Below the pieces are notes generated by a model, which saw only the letters and a list, made by a program, of their open reading frames with translations, searched no databases and was not told where the DNA came from. Source: Minisyncoccota bacterium (lineage in GTDB: Bacteria; Patescibacteriota; Minisyncoccia; Phycocordibacterales; CAJQIN01). From it: DNA of 38,378 nt. The stretch spans positions 1 through 38,378 of the forward strand of contig JALEGR010000043.1 of assembly GCA_022763265.1 (NCBI GenBank), given 5' to 3'. This document shows, piece by piece, positions 33,621 through 38,378 of the stretch; within the stretch, counting starts at the first letter, position 1; the number at the start of each line of letters is the position of its first letter. A program made the translations under genes and the position numbers.

Positions 33621-33887
33621 TTACTTTTTGATATCAAGCTTCTTGATTAGAGCCTTGTATCTCTTAGGATCTTTTTTAGCTAAGTATGAAAGATGGCGTC
33701 TTCTATCAGCAACCATAGATAGAAGCCCACGTCTTGAATGTTTATCTTTTTTATTCTTTTTCAAATGCTTGGTAAGCTCATCAATTCTTTTAGTCAAAAG
33801 AGTCACCTGTACTTCAGGTGAACCTGTATCTTTGTCGTGTATTCGACTATCCTTGATAGCTTTTTCCTTTTTTGTTTTCGCTAGCAT
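33621..33887 (-). CDS. rpsO: 30S ribosomal protein S15
   Basis: 88 aa: ...[50 protein letters not shown]... Confidence 0.92.
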   Translation of the reverse strand: MLAKTKKEKAIKDSRIHDKDTGSPEVQVTLLTKRIDELTKHLKKNKKDKHSRRGLLSMVADRRRHLSYLAKKDPKRYKALIKKLDIKK

Positions 33888-33932
33888 GAGAAAAAGAATA
33901 GCATACTTCTAATATTTTGCAAATTAACTCAC

Positions 33933-33960
33933 TTGACATTAGAGTAAAAATGTGTATAGT
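33933..33960 (+). promoter_or_regulatory. Near-consensus sigma70-like promoter of the lipoprotein cassette
   Basis: TTGACA (33933-33938), 16-nt spacer ending in TGTG (extended -10), TATAGT (33955-33960). Confidence 0.55.
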
Positions 33961-34010
33961 GGAAGCAAACCCGTACCTTCACAAAAGCTACATATATAAG
34001 GAAATATGTG

Positions 34011-34538
34011 ATGAAACAACTATTGTCACTTGGCCTCATTTTTCTGACATTTAGTCTCCAGGCCTGTTCGGCAAACAGCCCTACGTTGGGTTGGGACAAA
34101 GAATTCCTCGAAAATCTTGGTATTCGCAAACGATATTCGACTTACGCTCCGCCAGCAGGTCGGATGGATCAGCTAAATGCTCACCCTACGAGTCATGCTC
34201 GTGGCAAAGTCAGGATTGCTGACCGTATTAATCCGGTTTTCAATCCTGAAATTATTGATGGATACAGACAACGCCTTCATGATGGAATGCTCGAGTATCG
34301 TGTTGAAGTACGGCAAGGTGTTACCCTTGTTTCGGGTTATTTTCTTCCCTTCAACAGCGCTACTAATGAGGTATATGTTGGCAGTATGCGGGAAGACATT
34401 TATGACTCCAAATACTTCGCAGACCTCATGTTACACAACATGCAGAAAGTTAGACACCTTCCGCCCGACCAAGGTGGTCAGGTGAGTATGGCAAGACAAG
34501 CGGCCATGAATATGGCTATACAACAACAGTCTCGATAA
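34011..34538 (+). CDS. Hypothetical lipoprotein (G+C-rich)
   Basis: Signal peptide with lipobox-like LQAC (MKQLLSLGLIFLTFSLQAC). AAGGAAA Shine-Dalgarno. ATG 34011 lies inside track ORF 34008. No family recognised. Confidence 0.55.
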   Translation: MKQLLSLGLIFLTFSLQACSANSPTLGWDKEFLENLGIRKRYSTYAPPAGRMDQLNAHPTSHARGKVRIADRINPVFNPEIIDGYRQRLHDGMLEYRVEVRQGVTLVSGYFLPFNSATNEVYVGSMREDIYDSKYFADLMLHNMQKVRHLPPDQGGQVSMARQAAMNMAIQQQSR

Positions 34539-34554
34539 CTCGAAAGGAAAAGTT

Positions 34555-35037
34555 ATGAGAAAGTTCATGCTATTGGTTCTTTGTACAGGCTTCTTTTTTA
34601 CAACAGGCTGTGGCGCCAAAACCAAGAGTATCATGAGTCAGTCAGTCGTGTTCGATGATTACTCGGAGTTTCAGGTTGCATGGCAGGAGTTCAACGACCC
34701 CATGGGTCTTAATGGTCTCTCGACGGTAGCTCAGGTACGTGAACCCGCCTGTGGTCCTGATGGCCAAGTTCCGGTCAATGCCGATGGAAAGCCCTTGAAA
34801 TACAATGTTTCAATGGTCAACCATGCGGTTCACATTGAAAGTGGTTGGGGTAAGCAGGCTACTGTTGCGGCAATTAATGCCGCAGGCTTCGTCGGAGGAA
34901 CCGTTGGTGGCGCAGCTGTTCTGAGACCCAACAAAACCTACGTTCGGGCTGGTAATGCTGACGCGTTTGTCAGCAACACCAACGATTCATCCAGTATCTC
35001 TGATGTCGGCGTCAGCAACACTGTTGGCGGTCCCTAG
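34555..35037 (+). CDS. Hypothetical lipoprotein (G+C-rich)
   Basis: MRKFMLLVLCTGFFFTTGC signal/lipobox-like start. AAGGAAAA Shine-Dalgarno. Gly/Ala/Val-rich C-terminal part. No family recognised. Confidence 0.55.
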   Translation: MRKFMLLVLCTGFFFTTGCGAKTKSIMSQSVVFDDYSEFQVAWQEFNDPMGLNGLSTVAQVREPACGPDGQVPVNADGKPLKYNVSMVNHAVHIESGWGKQATVAAINAAGFVGGTVGGAAVLRPNKTYVRAGNADAFVSNTNDSSSISDVGVSNTVGGP

Positions 35038-35058
35038 TAACCCCGTAGCTTTTACACA

Positions 35059-35089
35059 ACCCGCTCTTCTCAGGAAGGGCGGGTTTTTG
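35059..35089 (+). terminator. Rho-independent terminator of the lipoprotein cassette
   Basis: CCCGCTCTTC-TCAG-GAAGGGCGGG followed by TTTTT. Confidence 0.7.
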
Positions 35090-35151
35090 TATACTTATAT
35101 CAAGTGGGATTAACTTCTATTAGAAGAATTTACTAATTAACAAGCATAATT

Positions 35152-35430
35152 ATGTCTAAAAAAAGTGGTGGACTTAATAAAGTCGCATGGATTCTAGTAA
35201 TTATCGGTGCCCTTAACTGGGGACTTGTAGGTATTGGAAGTTTGGCAAGTGCCAACTGGAACATAGTATACCTACTTATTGGAACATGGGCAGGAATGAC
35301 AGTACTAAACATTGTATATATTCTTGTTGGACTTTCAGCACTTGTATTACTTTTTGGAAAAGGAAAGAAAGGGTCTTCATGTGGTCCTTGTGAATCGGGA
35401 ACATGCACAGCCCATGGAGATGGGATGTAG
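35152..35430 (+). CDS. DUF378-family small membrane protein with Cys-rich C-terminal tail
   Basis: LNKVAWILVIIGALNWGLVGI...NIVYILVGLSALVLLF is the DUF378 pattern. The tail is GSSCGPCESGTCTAHGDGM. Confidence 0.65.
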   Translation: MSKKSGGLNKVAWILVIIGALNWGLVGIGSLASANWNIVYLLIGTWAGMTVLNIVYILVGLSALVLLFGKGKKGSSCGPCESGTCTAHGDGM

Positions 35431-35450
35431 TTTCCAGAGTATTTCTAAAG

Positions 35451-35477
35451 AAAATACCGCCTTTAGGCGGTATTTTT
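35451..35477 (+). terminator. Rho-independent terminator
   Basis: AATACCGCC-TTTA-GGCGGTATT followed by TTTT. Confidence 0.7.
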
Positions 35478-35495
35478 GTATGTTATTATTTTGAT

Positions 35496-36263
35496 ATGAA
35501 TATTATTTCTTGGAATGTAAACGGTCTTCGAGCAATTCACCGAAAAGGAAATTGGGATACTATTTTGAAGAAATCACCAGATATTCTCTGTTTGCAGGAA
35601 ACAAAATCAAGAGAAGATCAATTATCTGAAGACCTTAGGTCTCCAGATGGTTATCATTCATATTTTTCTTGGCCAGATGAGAAGAAGGGATATAGTGGGG
35701 TAGCAATTTATTCTAAGGTAAAACCAGATTTAGTAAAAAAGGAGTTTAAAAACAAAGAGCTTAATGGAGAAGGGAGAATATTAGAGGTTCATTTTGGTAA
35801 CTTAGTACTTTTCAATGTGTACTTCCCTAACGGTGGAGGTGGAGAAGAAAGATTAGCTTATAAGTTGGATTTCTATGATGCATTTTTAGAATATATAAAG
35901 GAACTTACCAAAAAGGGCAAAGATATTATTTTTTGTGGAGATGTAAATACTGCTCATGAGGAAATAGATCTAGCAAGACCTAAGGAAAACGAAGGAAACA
36001 CAGGCTTTTTACCAGAAGAAAGAGCTTGGATTGATGAGGTTGAAATGTCAGGATATGTAGATATTTGGAGAAAGCTGAACCCTAATAAAAAAGACTCTTA
36101 TACATACTGGGATATGAAAACCAGGGCCAGAGACAGAAATGTTGGTTGGAGAATAGATTACTTCTTTCTTTCAAGCAAATTAGTTAAAAAGGTGAAGGAG
36201 GTTTCTATATTATCTAGTATGCTTGGGTCAGATCACTGCCCTATTTCACTTGACTTGAAGTAG
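35496..36263 (+). CDS. xth: Exodeoxyribonuclease III (Xth/APE1 family)
   Basis: MNIISWNVNGLRA, LCLQETK, GDVNTAHEEIDL and SDHCPISL. ATG 35496 was chosen because the upstream part of track ORF 35403 spans the preceding terminator. Confidence 0.9.
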   Translation: MNIISWNVNGLRAIHRKGNWDTILKKSPDILCLQETKSREDQLSEDLRSPDGYHSYFSWPDEKKGYSGVAIYSKVKPDLVKKEFKNKELNGEGRILEVHFGNLVLFNVYFPNGGGGEERLAYKLDFYDAFLEYIKELTKKGKDIIFCGDVNTAHEEIDLARPKENEGNTGFLPEERAWIDEVEMSGYVDIWRKLNPNKKDSYTYWDMKTRARDRNVGWRIDYFFLSSKLVKKVKEVSILSSMLGSDHCPISLDLK

Positions 36264-36319
36264 TTTGAGAGTATTGTTTGTTCTAGAGTTTGGACATTTA
36301 ATACAACAAGGAGGATCTC

Positions 36320-36922
36320 ATGAGATCTCTGAAGGTTATCGGTCTTTATTTTTGGGTGGTATTTACTATTACTATTTCTGTGCACTATCTTTTCCTGCTG
36401 ACAGGTTTTGACACTTTGCAAAAGATACCTATGAAAGGTTTGTCTGGAGAATTCATCATAAATCACAGGCAGTTCGACGTTTTTTGGTACCCATTCATAG
36501 CAATTTTTGCAGGTGCATTCCACTGTTATAGGCGGAAAAGTCCAGTAATTTTCCCAAAGGATTTGGTAAGTTTCCAAGCCTTCTTTGCCGGGTTACTTGC
36601 TCTTGTGTTATCAGTTATTGTAGAACTGATGAGCTTTCTAACCTTTTGCCTGTTAGGTTTTATACTCTCAGCCACAGTTTCTGCGGTTACTACTGTTCTC
36701 AATTCACACGATGATTCGAGAACTAGCTTATCAGTAAGGAGACAGCATCTTTTGTTTGTGGAACTAGTGTTTGCCATTGTTTTTGCCCTAAGGTTAGGGG
36801 GAAATATTGGCGCTCTGTTGATACTTGTTCTTTGGGCTGGACATGGGCTTTCCGAGGTTATATTTTGGGGTCTATTTCATCTCATCAAAGATGAGCAGGC
36901 TCAAGAGGCTTCTATAGCTTGA
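36320..36922 (+). CDS. Hypothetical polytopic membrane protein
   Basis: 200 aa with about 5 hydrophobic helices. AAGGAGG Shine-Dalgarno upstream and a terminator downstream. Confidence 0.55.
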   Translation: MRSLKVIGLYFWVVFTITISVHYLFLLTGFDTLQKIPMKGLSGEFIINHRQFDVFWYPFIAIFAGAFHCYRRKSPVIFPKDLVSFQAFFAGLLALVLSVIVELMSFLTFCLLGFILSATVSAVTTVLNSHDDSRTSLSVRRQHLLFVELVFAIVFALRLGGNIGALLILVLWAGHGLSEVIFWGLFHLIKDEQAQEASIA

Positions 36923-36927
36923 GATTT

Positions 36928-36952
36928 AACCCGCTTTAGTGGCGGGTTTTTA
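36928..36952 (+). terminator. Rho-independent terminator
   Basis: AACCCGC-TTTAGTG-GCGGGTT followed by TTTT. Confidence 0.65.
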
Positions 36953-36954
36953 AA

Positions 36955-37226
36955 TAAATAAAAAACCGCTCGGTGCTTAGCACGACGAGCGGATGAAGGC
37001 GTTAGTCAGTTCACTGATAATCGAAGCTGTGATGTGAGATCTAAAATAGATAGAGGAAGGTTTTATTTTGTTGGAGATTCACATCTGAGGTTGCTTCTTT
37101 TGTTTTTGAGTAAACCAAAAGACCCTTCGGCAATTGGCCAAATTGCCAGAAAAGAACAGTGTTCAAAAGCTGTCCTTGGGTGTTAAGTGGGAAGTAACAA
37201 CTAAAGGACATTGCTGAACAGATCTG
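36955..37226 (-). ncRNA. Orphan promoter-to-terminator transcript (about 265 nt): candidate structured ncRNA or 56-aa peptide gene
   Basis: On the minus strand: TTGATT (37255-37260), 16-nt spacer, TATAAT (37233-37238), then several extended helices. It ends with terminator CCGCTCG-TCGTGCTAAGCAC-CGAGCGG + T6 (36955-36992). It contains a 56-aa ORF (37041-37211) with no Shine-Dalgarno. Confidence 0.35.
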
Positions 37227-37280
37227 TCTTTTATTATAATGTCTTTTATAAAAGAATCAAAAGGACATACTGTGGATAAC

Positions 37281-38378
37281 TTAGTCCACAAAATGTTTCT
37301 TCCTAATTTCTTGGATCTTAGCCTCCTCTGCTGCCTCTTTAGAGCTTTTGCCTGCTTCTCCTAGAGACTTCAGGTCTTCTTCTGTAAGATTCATTAAGTA
37401 TTCAACTCTATTTTTTAGGTATTCTTCTCTATTCTTTTTCGGATCTTCTATAACCTCTTCCAGTAGCGCATGAAGTACGTACCCTATCTTTGGACCCGGT
37501 TCCATGTGAAACTCAGAAATCAACTGATTTCCGTCTATCTTTAGCATTCCTACAGATACTGGGTCTGACATAACTTCCTCAATCATGGAATGATACTTTC
37601 GAAGTCTATAAGGATCTTCTTTGGGCCTCCCCATACCTATTCGATCACATACTCTAAGATCCATTAGTTCCCAGATCATATCTTTACCAACATTTCTAAT
37701 CATTCTCCTTATGGCAGTTTGAGATATTTGTTCTGTATCAGCAAAAAACATGTGCCAACGTACTAATTTTGTTACTTTCTCTATAGTTTCACGTGAAAAA
37801 TGAAGTCTCTCGAGTATATTTTTAGCCATTTTGGCACCAATTACTTCGTGTCCATAAAAGGTCCATGTTTTTTTAGCTCCTTTTCTTCTAGATCTGGGCT
37901 TACCGATGTCGTGAAATAGGGCTGCAAGTTTCACATGGAACGGATAGTCTTTTTTTACAGCGTGCATCATGGATTTTATTAGATGTTCCCAGACATCATA
38001 CTTGTGTGCTCCTCCCTGCTCTATTCCTACAGATTCTAGTAATTCAGGTATTATTTCAGTCAAAATACCAGTTTCACGAGAAACTTCTAAGGCCTTTTCA
38101 GGGTTTTCTGATTTAATTATCTTTTCAAATTCCTCAGATATTCTCTCTTTTGAAATATTGGCTAGTAGCTTAGAGTTCTTTTCTATTGATTCACGTGTAT
38201 CTTTTTCTATTTCAAAGCCTAATTCGGCAGATAATCTTATGGATCTAAGTAATCTAAGGGCATCTTCCCTGAACCTTTCATCAGGATTCCCCACGGTTTT
38301 AACTACTTTGTCCTTTATATCATTTTGTCCTTTATAAAGGTCAAGTATACTACCTTCCTCAATATCGTAGGCAATGGC
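37281..38378 (-). CDS. cca: CCA-adding enzyme / poly(A) polymerase family tRNA nucleotidyltransferase with HD domain (5' partial)
   Basis: The frame is open to the window end (…AIAYDIEEGSILDLYKGQNDIKDKVVKTVGNPDERFREDALRLLRSIRLSAELGF…). HD motif LFHDIGKP. Confidence 0.85.
   Translation of the reverse strand, partial: AIAYDIEEGSILDLYKGQNDIKDKVVKTVGNPDERFREDALRLLRSIRLSAELGFEIEKDTRESIEKNSKLLANISKERISEEFEKIIKSENPEKALEVSRETGILTEIIPELLESVGIEQGGAHKYDVWEHLIKSMMHAVKKDYPFHVKLAALFHDIGKPRSRRKGAKKTWTFYGHEVIGAKMAKNILERLHFSRETIEKVTKLVRWHMFFADTEQISQTAIRRMIRNVGKDMIWELMDLRVCDRIGMGRPKEDPYRLRKYHSMIEEVMSDPVSVGMLKIDGNQLISEFHMEPGPKIGYVLHALLEEVIEDPKKNREEYLKNRVEYLMNLTEEDLKSLGEAGKSSKEAAEEAKIQEIRKKHFVD

Noticed and set aside
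35403-35495. N-terminal extension of the xth ORF (track start 35403)
   Set aside because: The extension reads through the terminator of the preceding gene. The family N-terminus MNIISWNVNG starts at 35496.

Overview
AT-rich bacterial chromosome segment with small, tightly packed genes. The gene content suggests a reduced, CPR/Patescibacteria-like genome, but that is inference. All calls come from reading the sequence and the ORF track by eye; no searches or folding programs were run.

**Replication-origin neighbourhood (1-9.9 kb).** This holds yebC-ruvC, tyrS, a class A PBP, and dnaN and dnaA with DnaA boxes between them. It continues with rpmH-rnpA-yidC-jag.

**Envelope cluster (10-21.4 kb).** One long minus-strand cluster looks like a Gram-positive/CPR-type type IV secretion apparatus. 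It has a VirB4 ATPase, a PrgI/VirB3-like protein, a VirB6-like polytopic protein, a VirB2-like pilin and several secreted proteins. No relaxase or coupling protein is visible.

**Housekeeping block (21.3-29.7 kb).** This contains rsmA and a UvrD/PcrA helicase interrupted by a 371-aa intein. It also has a frame-broken LysM/M23 peptidase, a DksA-like gene and pnp.

**Main finding (29.85-32.56 kb).** A visibly G+C-richer island carries a 534-aa IS110/IS1111-type recombinase homolog. It is flanked on both sides by four paralogous, promoter/terminator-delimited structured RNA units. Together these contain 12 stem-closed 31-33 nt loops, most with an A-rich core (AAAAAGA) and variable arms, each followed by a strong hairpin. 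This looks like a multi-guide elaboration of the bridge-RNA/seekRNA principle and does not match any described IS110-family element that I recognise.

**Accessory mosaic (32.6-38.4 kb).** Directly next to the island is a 134-nt tmRNA-like gene with a G3:U70 acceptor stem and T-arm but almost no body. Beyond it lie a NYN-domain gene, rpsO, a second G+C-rich two-gene lipoprotein cassette, a DUF378 gene and xth. The window ends with an orphan promoter-to-terminator structured transcript and a partial cca gene.
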